Source: Monocercomonoides exilis PA203 (Eukaryota > Protista > Preaxostyla). Taken from it: a stretch of DNA of 64,000 nucleotides. The notes below the pieces were generated by a model. That model made no database searches and was not told the DNA's origin. It saw nothing but the letters and a program-made list of their open reading frames with translations. Of the stretch, positions 27,501 to 35,029 are shown piece by piece. Location: NCBI GenBank assembly GCA_001643675.2, contig LSRY02000033.1:310001-374000 (forward strand), given 5' to 3'. The translations under genes were made by a program, and so were the position numbers. Within the stretch, counting starts at the first letter, position 1; the number at the start of each line of letters is the position of its first letter.

Positions 27501-30500
27501 CATGCACGGTTCTTGATCATCTCCACATCTCCCGTCACTGCTTCCTCCACTCGAAATGTACACTGTATTTAGAATTGGAGGAAACAGATAATATAGCACT
27601 GACCGATTGATCACAGCATTGATCTCGGAATCCACCACCCATTTGTTCTCTTCTTCCTCACCTTCAAATGCAGATCCTTCCCATTGCTGGTTCGTAATCA
27701 TATCCCTCGGTGAAGTGCACACAAGAAATACATCCTTTCCCTTCCATGCTTTGTTTCCCTCAAACAAGATTTGCTTCATTGCATACTTCACCCCACTTTC
27801 CTCGAGCTTCAAATAAATCCCCCCTCCAACTCCCACACTTTCATTTACGCAGCATCCTTTCACAGTGTTATTCGACATTGTTAATGTTCCACTGTTTTCT
27901 ACCTCCATATTCAATCCTCCACCATAAGTATTCTCTGATTCTTTGCAAACACATTGCTCCAATGTGCAATTCCATACAGTCATGGTTTTCCCTCCTTTTA
28001 TCGCACCCTCGGTTGCACCTCCATTCCCTTGTTTTCTTTGTACGCTTTTGAGAGTTGTACTGTTCATGTTAATAGTTGCTGAATCGATAACCTCAATAAA
28101 GCTGCTTTCTTCTTGATTCATTCCGTTAACCTGCGAATTCCTTATTTCCAGAGATGCTCCGTTGCACACTTTAATTGCAGCATTTGCAAATTGTGTTGTG
28201 ACGTCTGTCCAATCCATGTTTTCGCAGATGCAGCTCGCCTCGATTCCTTCCATCACAAACACTGAACGAGTGCTGAATGTCAATCCATTCAGCGCAAATT
28301 GTCTAAAACTCATACAGCCTTTCGATACAATGCCAATTGATATGCCAATTAGATTTGAGTCGGAGGCAAACGAGCAATCTGTCAATGTTAAATTCTTCTC
28401 GTAGCAGTGGAAAGCAGATTCCCAATTAACAGCAAATGAAGAAGGAAGCAAAAAGCACATCCCGCTAAACGAACAGTCTTTGCTTGTTCTGATGATGCTC
28501 CCGCTCGCTCCGCTGATACCTTCAGAAATTCTAACTTGTACGCCTGTCTGCTCCACCGTAAATGTGGTTGGTTGTTCGTCAATCGCAAGTGCTCGTTCAA
28601 ATGCAAACGGTGGAAGAAGATAAAATTGCCGTTCTCTGTTTCCAAATCGAAGCGGAATCGCAAACTCGATGGAAGCGCATGCGCTATCCGAAAAACCACA
28701 GCCAGAGTAATCATGGCCATCACTTCCAGCAACATATACAGTTCCATTAAATGTTCTAAGATATGTGACTAAAGGAATAGAATACGACTCTGCAGTTGTT
28801 GATCGTTCGAATCCTTCCATTGCCCGAAAGTCTGATTCGTTGAAATCAATTTCAAAATTTTCCTTCGTAACAATTTGCGATAGATTATATCCGTCCACAA
28901 AAATGTTGTTTCCTATTGAAGCAGAACATTCAGAAAAAGTTGTTCCCTTAAGTTCAAGATCTGCTCCATTGATATCCTCTACATACAAATAAATACCCCC
29001 GCCCAATCCTCCGCTTCCTCCCACTTTTTGAGACGTGCATGATATTAATGAAGTTCCAACTGCACCGTTCTCGGTCTGAATTATCTTGATCGAAGAATCT
29101 GCTTTCGTTCTCAGTGCCATTCCCCCGCCGTTTCCGCTGCCTGTGACGCATCCATTCATCGATCCTCCTTTAATTTGGAAGCTTTTCCCTGTACCAACAA
29201 CACCTTCGATGCCTCCTCCGCTCCCACTTTGTCTCAGTACACCCAAAAATGTTGAGTTATTCAGCACCAAATTGCATCCTTCAGAGAAAGTGATTACCGC
29301 TTTTGAGGCAAAGACGATAGGATTAATAGTTGTCCCCTCAATATTTGCACTTCCTCCTCTCAATACAAAAAGCGACTCTTCAAGAGAGTTTGCTTCCGTA
29401 TTTCCAGAGTCAACAGAAATATTGCAATTTTGCAAAGTTATTGTTCCTGTCGAAGAGAGCAAAAAAAGAGAAGTTGCCTTCGATGATTTTTCTGTATCGT
29501 GGACTATGTCGAAAGATGAAATTTTCAGAGATCCTGTAGACACAGCAAACAAAGCACCAGAAGACATCGATGAAGCCACTGTGACTTTATCATTTCCAGC
29601 ATTATTAAATTCAATTCTTGCTGATCCGATTTCGTAATTGCTCTCAACATACGATGAAGGGTCAACTGAAATTATAGTTGGAGAGTTATTTGAGAGATTA
29701 ATAACATTTCTTGTAAAAGAAATAGTCTTACACTTTCTCAGGTTCAATCCGCACGCGTGTTGGTCGATTCCTTCTTTAAAATTCACTTTGATTCCTTCAA
29801 AATACCCAAATTTCATCAATCCAATCACATTGTTTGTATCATTCATTATTCTTTGCGCTTTGTCTGTCATTGTCCGACATTCAACAAACCATTCAGGTGC
29901 AAATATCTTGGTCCAGTTTTGGAGAAATCCAACATCATGCGCTCCTTGTGTCGCTGTGTTGTTGTCAAAGAAACAGAATTTGATAGATGCTGGTTCAAAT
30001 GTATGATTTCCACCATCTTTGGAAAAAAGAATCGCGCCACCTTTTTGATTGCTTTGACAATTTGAAAATTCACAATCAGATATAGTTATTAACCCCGTGT
30101 CTCCTATCCACATTGCACCTCCGCCATATGTGCTATATGAAGCAATTTCTGAACAATTATGAAAGAAGCACTGAACTATTTCACCTGGAGAATTAAGATT
30201 AAGGTGAATTGCTCCTCCGTCACGATATGCAGTTGAATTGTGAAAGGTACATTTCTTAATCAAATTTCTGGTCACATAATTACTGCTAATTGATGCACCA
30301 CATGCAGAAGGTTCGGTGCAATTACAAAATTTTGATTCAGTGATTGAAATATATGAATCTTTCTCTAACTTTATTGACATACCAGTACAATTTGCAAATA
30401 AACATTTATTAATAGTAACATTTATTGCATTTTCTATGTAAAGTGCGTCGGCTTCAGCAACTGTAAATAAGCAATCTTCAAATTGAATTGTATTGTTTGT

Positions 30501-31337
30501 TAAAAATTTTTGTGGATCCGTGAATGTTTGAGCATATTCCACTTCATAATATTGGGAAAAAGTGCAATTTTGAGCAACAAATCTGTCCGTTGAATATATT
30601 CCATCTGTTATTCCCCCATCAAACGGAGCTGTAACCTCATTAAAAATGCAATTGCGCATCCTCGTAAAACTTGATGAAGAAACAAATTTATAATCTTTTT
30701 CAACAATTGAGGTAACATTTTGAAAATCGCATGAATCCATTGAAATGCGTCGCCCCAAAACATTGCCAAGAAGAGGAGAAGAGGATGAAAAAGTAAAAAA
30801 CGAAAATGAAGATTGTTCCACAAAAATCAAGCTCTGAAAAAGTTCAGCAGCGGGACAAGAAGAAGGAGACGATGACATAAAAGTTGAAGCAAGACGAGGT
30901 CCCTTTGAAAATTCGAGGCTTATATTTCTCAGCTGAAAGCTTCCACCAAAAGAAGAAAACAACGATTCTTTCTCTTTTCCTGAAGGAACAATGACGGACG
31001 AGACAATAGAAAGAACAGAATCAGTTTGAATGATTGCTATCGCTTTTGATGTCGATGCTCTGATCATTAAATACTTCAGTTCAATCGAAGAATTGCTTAT
31101 TTTCAATGGCGAACGAAACACGGTATATCCATTTGGGTAGATGCAATTATAAAATGAGGGAGCAACATGCGCGCATTTGTTCAATTTTTCTGGCTGGAAT
31201 TGTGTTTCACTTAATGACAATTTCTTCAAAGTCTTTAAATATTGTAATTTAACCGTTTCATCTGGTCTTTCATGAAATGATCCGAGTGCTAAATAAAACA
31301 AAAGTAGCCCAATAACAAATGGCCCACAAATAACCAT
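21519..31337 (-). CDS. 3,272-aa single-pass receptor-like protein: beta-helix/PMP-like ectodomain plus degenerate TKL-type kinase C-lobe
   Basis: Uninterrupted ORF with a hydrophobic N-terminus, GGAI/GGGIY and FxxN repeats, and six CGxxxx(P)C modules. TM segment WALIVIVMLVVLLLIILIVSIVLAV. The C-terminal LRWKAPE...SFSIGMMLWECLTLQIPF...GERP matches kinase subdomains VIII-XI. Confidence 0.85.
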   Translation of the reverse strand: MVICGPFVIGLLLFYLALGSFHERPDETVKLQYLKTLKKLSLSETQFQPEKLNKCAHVAPSFYNCIYPNGYTVFRSPLKISNSSIELKYLMIRASTSKAIAIIQTDSVLSIVSSVIVPSGKEKESLFSSFGGSFQLRNISLEFSKGPRLASTFMSSSPSSCPAAELFQSLIFVEQSSFSFFTFSSSSPLLGNVLGRRISMDSCDFQNVTSIVEKDYKFVSSSSFTRMRNCIFNEVTAPFDGGITDGIYSTDRFVAQNCTFSQYYEVEYAQTFTDPQKFLTNNTIQFEDCLFTVAEADALYIENAINVTINKCLFANCTGMSIKLEKDSYISITESKFCNCTEPSACGASISSNYVTRNLIKKCTFHNSTAYRDGGAIHLNLNSPGEIVQCFFHNCSEIASYSTYGGGAMWIGDTGLITISDCEFSNCQSNQKGGAILFSKDGGNHTFEPASIKFCFFDNNTATQGAHDVGFLQNWTKIFAPEWFVECRTMTDKAQRIMNDTNNVIGLMKFGYFEGIKVNFKEGIDQHACGLNLRKCKTISFTRNVINLSNNSPTIISVDPSSYVESNYEIGSARIEFNNAGNDKVTVASSMSSGALFAVSTGSLKISSFDIVHDTEKSSKATSLFLLSSTGTITLQNCNISVDSGNTEANSLEESLFVLRGGSANIEGTTINPIVFASKAVITFSEGCNLVLNNSTFLGVLRQSGSGGGIEGVVGTGKSFQIKGGSMNGCVTGSGNGGGMALRTKADSSIKIIQTENGAVGTSLISCTSQKVGGSGGLGGGIYLYVEDINGADLELKGTTFSECSASIGNNIFVDGYNLSQIVTKENFEIDFNESDFRAMEGFERSTTAESYSIPLVTYLRTFNGTVYVAGSDGHDYSGCGFSDSACASIEFAIPLRFGNRERQFYLLPPFAFERALAIDEQPTTFTVEQTGVQVRISEGISGASGSIIRTSKDCSFSGMCFLLPSSFAVNWESAFHCYEKNLTLTDCSFASDSNLIGISIGIVSKGCMSFRQFALNGLTFSTRSVFVMEGIEASCICENMDWTDVTTQFANAAIKVCNGASLEIRNSQVNGMNQEESSFIEVIDSATINMNSTTLKSVQRKQGNGGATEGAIKGGKTMTVWNCTLEQCVCKESENTYGGGLNMEVENSGTLTMSNNTVKGCCVNESVGVGGGIYLKLEESGVKYAMKQILFEGNKAWKGKDVFLVCTSPRDMITNQQWEGSAFEGEEEENKWVVDSEINAVINRSVLYYLFPPILNTVYISSGGSSDGRCGDDQEPCMDLMFGFNKMRTDQTTVRVVDSCCLREILDRNGLSLTIRGQSPTSKSLFSVEASGGLVLKMETSSVSLMLSCLKFSLPLTSSIGELISVDGGKLYIDNCQLGGTSAEEEQTNMWIIRGKEGYIQVTKVLLSNVAFSGGSGIISLSGGSVQIESSELTFVKADSSLVNVANCEKVEVADGCIFDNCKSGASEGGAVRCSLTVTGRFSVTNASITNSGMNENTGKGGGVYLLLPEGTSSDCLFGDITFISNSAELGKDMFLVCDNLNATVIPTTFQMMLINETGERIAEMMGYDRNYFCESVHDLYLFLVQYHSPSVQVSPSGYDMIGCGNERYPCSSFWRGFQNILADADQKKLSISERTRVDHLFDLSSFTIASPDISKKSTLSISSSISENFAEAVFMNSDNLEFERIVFSLPSFFSSGQAGLLLSMPSSEKGLSINNCSFTFDSSSAAVAHPSSSNVECKFYLIHSVGGFVHMILCNVNAKSFTAVPFLIESSFSATECSFSGIETPNGLEGGAVACYLSSTHTLSLQKCDLTICACSESSGFGGFMFIDSISANNIQPFTLKDATFLDNRAFAGTNLFIRATELNESVTNTTFYFNYLQFAENGNAFVGTDSEFENTDLMRFLIEYSSNMIYVSSRGSDVKRCGTEDDPCETFWKGMKQIDTNAETKELFVEHSSILENTFKLSNFSVSAVQTDLEELEKAKLILKKPNIEEIAEGFFSNSWSLSFTSIDIFLDSTLADTACTVMCSKSGALSISGCSLSSNNSAYFSDMKFAAIKSGSLEIRGFDTCNIAFDSALFEIWSGCCCVLKYITMENVTANGGIIQYVDGSASERNEQPTIEMNGNVFKRVTASFNGASVFGSSFMSSWALEINGSEFDTCRSEMSEKGGVVLMMLGSSGRFEMNNSKITNCGCSPAIGRGGGVYVKAEGQASLNFIFKGCEFRGNGAWKGRDVFVECWKIAEQINETQFLLDLRPEVYNRFDAIYGIDEENYVPVDLIEFVTIYQQSTIIVSSLAEKNGTNGRQCGKVDHPCVTVGQGLEHMIIDYAARLLIDGCSEIERECDFAKMEVKSLGRENVNVTFGQSLSKTREYVIFIEDNVLIESVSFKLAADFTSLHSSVFFITSGQVSLVSCEFCGEADRAPVVPKLISATYGVLILEEIKMKNLNCTRTVECEGGRIQLQQLYLEKVRTAISSIYLKKMNGSIEKVEASDCVVQSGSFIEMESDYLSGPTNDEYSIELSLIKLKRITSSGSASCLNCRLPNYQLSLSNCTFSDCLSSEMKLGEMVVLSNCFKVNIKSCQFEGKASNNSSHNLFIFNGRDEICKWNGSLIDSKNSSISIDESFISKSPNGGLSIFGGNASIEKGELSNNNPSINQYPSSRRNIFCANSGLLDVVSLKGGDGLKDNTSLWILSDGCTLSGLAAERPSPFFIPTLQAIDTSIEGNEAVLTFRGTLLLPCNLSFRIITAIGDVELIDKHDFHEDGFVAENSTIGKIQATVISDAPDTADVYSCILFGDAINPSSTEFVILKNKTESKTGNDNLVEGGKEGKSSWALIVIVMLVVLLLIILIVSIVLAVRWRKQKRRTKELEIIVEDTMRKDPKAFEMVTMEMSPEAQWRRAEREAEKKNEERIKKRVYEKSLGHSESSEHLLSESGSTEYILGRDSDKIPQWMLEKDEEEEIRKQTPSPSISSTSTTSTIDTSDTESTFVRGEDLCPTTSSMSNLVDAMACSSPHEKLIVDLRDSLFMLLHGRNEKKEMDIDSLQQREMTAAQILFWVANLALHSFDEMENELPSLANLSPHIVLFSEHMVICIVLHSDCSSDSDSSSISSSTVVTSASGDDDDDDSLPSSAFEDEDSFKKECLRWKAPELLINKKMMATKESVSFSIGMMLWECLTLQIPFGEYEAEVAGQKIVNGERPNIHATKKCSMVGIVKGCLSAEGNARPTLLCLKREFIQRFPKGAAMITVSDAIDYEMVESSSQTEKEKKSNGKESAR

Positions 31338-31616
31338 TTTTGACCCAAAAATTGGATCGTTAAATTATGTGTTTTTTGGAATATGTTATGGTTATAAATA
31401 TACAAACCATAATTTTTAATTTTTTCGGTTCTGAAACTGTGAAATCTTTTCAACTAACAAATAAAGTTAAATTAGAATTTTAAAAAGCATAGAAATTATC
31501 ATAAACACAAATATGCATCACTTTTTGATAATGAATAATATTCTTTGCTTATCTTTTGTCTCTAGCTGTTCATTATTAGGATTAATAATAATATCGATAA
31601 AGAACTGACAAATACC

Positions 31617-31617
<1 letters not shown>

Positions 31618-31677
<60 letters not shown>

Positions 31678-31697
31678 TATTATTATTATTATTATTA
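31618..31697. repeat. Poly-T (55 nt) followed by an (ATT)n microsatellite
   Basis: Directly visible, ~280 bp upstream of the receptor gene start. Confidence 0.95.
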
Positions 31698-31990
31698 TCT
31701 TATTGAAACATAAGTCAAATATATTTGCAACCTTCACTCGTCATTTTTGTTAATAGATAAATGTTGACAATAATAACACTTACATTATTTTGGTTGTTTC
31801 AGTTAAACATATTTGACTTTCTTTTTATATAAAATGCCTTTTGTGTAATCAACTTTGAGAATATCTTCATTTGAAACAGTTTTGATAGGATCCATTCAAA
31901 AATTAGACCAACGCTTCATTTCATCCTTCTTCACTCGAATCACTTCAAAAAAAAGTTTCTTTCATTCATTCCTTCTTCGACGCATGCAAA

Positions 31991-32275
31991 ATGAGAAAAG
32001 TGAAAACACCTTCAAACGTGCGAATTGCAGAGGCACTCAACTGCACATCGAGCCTTGTCTACCAGATTCGAACCGGATACATAAGGAAAAAGGTTATTGA
32101 GAAAAATAACATGTTGATGACTCAAAAGCAAGAAAAACGAGTCATGATAATACGGAAAATTTTTTGAGATAAAAGAAAACTTTTTTCATCTTTATCAATC
32201 AGAGCTGTTGTCACATGAATTGGCCATGAAATTCAGTCTCAGAAATTTCTTCTTATTTCATTGAAAGGTACAGAA
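31991..32275 (+). mobile_element. Degraded N-terminal HTH fragment of a Tc1/IS630-like transposase
   Basis: The 58-aa ORF 31991-32167 (below the ORF-track cutoff) reads MRKVKTPSNVRIAEALNCTSSLVYQIRTGY, an HTH-like pattern. A downstream frame reads HLYQSELLSHELAMKFSL, resembling a second HTH. No DDE domain is visible. Confidence 0.4.
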
Positions 32276-32327
32276 GTTGAAATGTTTTAAAGGTACAATT
32301 TCAACACTTTATAATTCTTTTCAATAT

Positions 32328-32581
32328 GGGTTTTTATTTTTGTAATCATATATTTTTTTGTTGTGTGTGTAGTTTTCTAATTTACAGTGATTGACAAAAG
32401 AATTTTCAAAAAAGCGTTTCAATTTTTCATATTATTTTCTTCAAAAGCTTGTTGTTATAGAAAGACAGAGAAAGTTCATTAATGATTTTTACTAAAACAT
32501 TTGATTAATTTCAAATCATCAACTACAAATTGTGAATTCGTAATTTTTGATGAAAAAATATGAAATAAAAAAGAATCACCT
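32328..32581. mobile_element. MITE copy A (~254 bp, degenerate TIRs)
   Basis: Left end GGGTTTTTATTTTTGTAATCATATATTTTTT, right end GAAAAAATATGAAATAAAAAAGAATCACCT. Flanks are ATAT/TTAT (imperfect 4-bp TSD). Shares internal AGAAAGACAGAGA with copy C. Confidence 0.6.
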
Positions 32582-32607
32582 TTATTGAATTTATTGAAAA
32601 GACAACT

Positions 32608-32862
32608 GGGTGATTATTTTTGAAATCATATATTTTTTCGGGGAGTTGATTTTTCAAAGATTGTTTGTTTTTTGAAAGAAAATGTTAATTGAAAAGAGAA
32701 AAAGCTGTTAATTGTTTTTATAAACAAATAGTTTCACAGAATCAAAGAAAAAAATGCATTCAATAAGCCTTTTCACTTTTCAATTTTTTTTATTGATAAT
32801 CAAGATAAATTTTTAAACAGAAAATTTTGAATGAAAAAATATGATTTCAAAAATAATCACCC
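32608..32862. mobile_element. MITE copy B (255 bp, ~30-bp near-perfect TIRs, AACT TSD)
   Basis: Left GGGTGATTATTTTTGAAATCATATATTTTTTC, right GAAAAAATATGATTTCAAAAATAATCACCC. AACT occurs at 32604-32607 and 32863-32866. Confidence 0.8.
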
Positions 32863-33548
32863 AACTTAATAAAATTGAATCATTTTATCAATCTCAAAAT
32901 TCCACAAAAAATTATCCAAGATCGAAAAACTTTAAAACAAAATAAAAAACATTTATTTAAACAAAGAAAAAGAAGTTTATTAATATGGATTTCAATTCAA
33001 GTGAAAACCAATGAAATTATTTGGATACAAATGTTTGTTTATTGAGATTGTTTTATCTATATAAAATGCTACTGTTTTCAATGATGTTTTTGACTAATAT
33101 CAATTAATCCTTTTCTCATTTTAATAATTGTAAATGTTTGATTTTTTCGGTTTCAAGTCAAACGCACATTGCAAAAAACCTTTCATTTAAAATAAATAAA
33201 ATAGATTTCAAACTTTATTTATGAATTACAGGATTTTTAAGAAAAGGATAATTTTTGTTTTATGAAATAATAACTGTTTTTCTATTGTGCAAATGTGAAG
33301 AATATTTATTAAGATAAAATAACATCCAATTTGACTAATGATAATATGTCTTTATAACTTAAAAAAATGTTTTAATTCTTTTATTTTGTTATTGTCGTGT
33401 CTTGGATAATATATAACTCAATAAGGTTCCAAAAGAAAGAGATCCTTTTATGTTCTGAGAATAGCTTAAATTTTTTTAAAAATTCATAATTTTTTATTAC
33501 ATAACGTTTTTTTCAAATAATTCGTTCTTCTGAACTACTTCAGAATTG

Positions 33549-33944
33549 CAGATTGTGCAAAAAATACATGACATCACAAAAAATACATGATAAGATCGAT
33601 TTCACAATAACCACAAGAGGAATAATCCTGACAATTTTCCTCAAAATATTTCTCATCAACACAAACTCATTTTATTTGCAAAACTTTCAAAATAGCCTCA
33701 TTTGGACTCAGAAAAAAATTATCATTGAAATCTCGGTGTAATATAAAATATTGTGTTTACTCGAAAACAATAATGATTATTTCGGAGCACAAATGAAGCT
33801 ATTTAAAGGTTTTATATATTAAATGAGTTTGTGTTGATGAGATATATTTTGAGGAAAGTTGTCAAAATTATTCCTATTGCAGTTATTGTGAAATAGATCT
33901 TGTCCGGTATTTTTTAAGATGTCAGGTATTTTTTGCACAATCTG
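33549..33944. repeat. ~400-bp imperfect spacerless palindrome (foldback-like element)
   Basis: CAGATTGTGCAAAAAATAC at 33549 pairs with GTATTTTTTGCACAATCTG ending at 33944. CTCATCAACACAAACTCATTT pairs with AAATGAGTTTGTGTTGATGAG. The centre is AATATT at 33747-33752. Confidence 0.85.
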
Positions 33945-34037
33945 AAAATCTTAAAAGTGTTTTATCTTATCAGATTATCTCAAACGCATTGTTGCATAAG
34001 AAATCAAATATTTTTGTCTTATCTCAATGTAATACAT

Positions 34038-34295
34038 GGGTTATTTTTTTTTTGAAATCATAACTTTTTTCGGTGTGTGCTTAATTATGAAAATCTTTTG
34101 AATTCGAAAATATAATTTTTGTTGAAATGCTTTATTCATTTTATTGAATCAAAAGACATGGTTAGAAGGGAAAGAAAGACAGAGATGATTTTTGAAGCAG
34201 TTATTTCTTTTCTGTGTTCATTGACAAAAATTCAAAACAAAAATTTTAATCCGAAAGTTTTCTTCGAAAATACATGATTTCAAAAATAATCACTC
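34038..34295. mobile_element. MITE copy C (258 bp, ACAT TSD)
   Basis: Left GGGTTA-poly(T)-GAAATCATAACTTTTTTCG, right CGAAAATACATGATTTCAAAAATAATCACTC. ACAT occurs at 34034-34037 and 34296-34299. Confidence 0.75.
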
Positions 34296-35029
34296 ACATT
34301 TTGAAAACTTTCAAAATTTTTGATCACTCCCACAATACAAAATTTTAACGTTTAAAATAATATTGAACAAGCAAGAAAGAATACCTAAAATTTGAAGCCA
34401 GATGTTCTTTATTTATTCCAATAAATAACATTATTTCGAAATCTTTGAATTCTGTCAACTTTTTTACGACAAAGATAAGTTTTCATATGCCTCCAATTTT
34501 TGATTTTGCACTCAATCATTCACTATGAAAAACATCAATATCTAAATAATATTTCTGATTGAAATTGAATTATTTCTGTGATCATTCACTCAAAGAAAAA
34601 CAACTGACTTGGTCTGAATTTTGAAAAATATTCGATAATAATAAAGATTTGTAAATTTTCAATGTTGAAATTAACTTTTTCTATTTTCAATTAAACTTTT
34701 TCGAATATGAATAATAACATTCGATGATGAATAAATGCTTTTCAATATGGAGTAATAATTATCGATTTTGAATTTGAGTTTAAAGATTTTATTTTAGACT
34801 TTTTCGATATCTAATAATTTTTGGTGAATATTATGAAAATCAAAAAAAGAATAACTGACTTTTTTGCATTATGGATTGAACCATCACTTGCACACACGAG
34901 AAAAATCAAATATTGAAGCATTATCTGAGAGTGTGAAATGAATGATTTTGATTTTTCATATAAATTTTCGAACATTTTCTTTAAAAGAGAAATAATTGTT
35001 GAGGGCGGAATATTTATCAACACAGCTAC

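Noticed and set aside
21519-31337. Bacterial contamination or autotransporter (Chlamydia Pmp-like GGAI/FxxN)
   Set aside because: No C-terminal beta-barrel. It has a single TM helix and eukaryotic kinase remnant, and is embedded among spliced eukaryotic genes.
32063-32077. tRNA T-arm/B-box-like CCGGTTCGAATCTGG on the minus strand
   Set aside because: No D-arm, anticodon arm or acceptor stem nearby.
32328-34295. CRISPR-like array suggested by recurring ~30-bp motifs
   Set aside because: The motifs are inverted pairs ~255 bp apart with TSDs, not direct repeats with spacers, and the context is eukaryotic.
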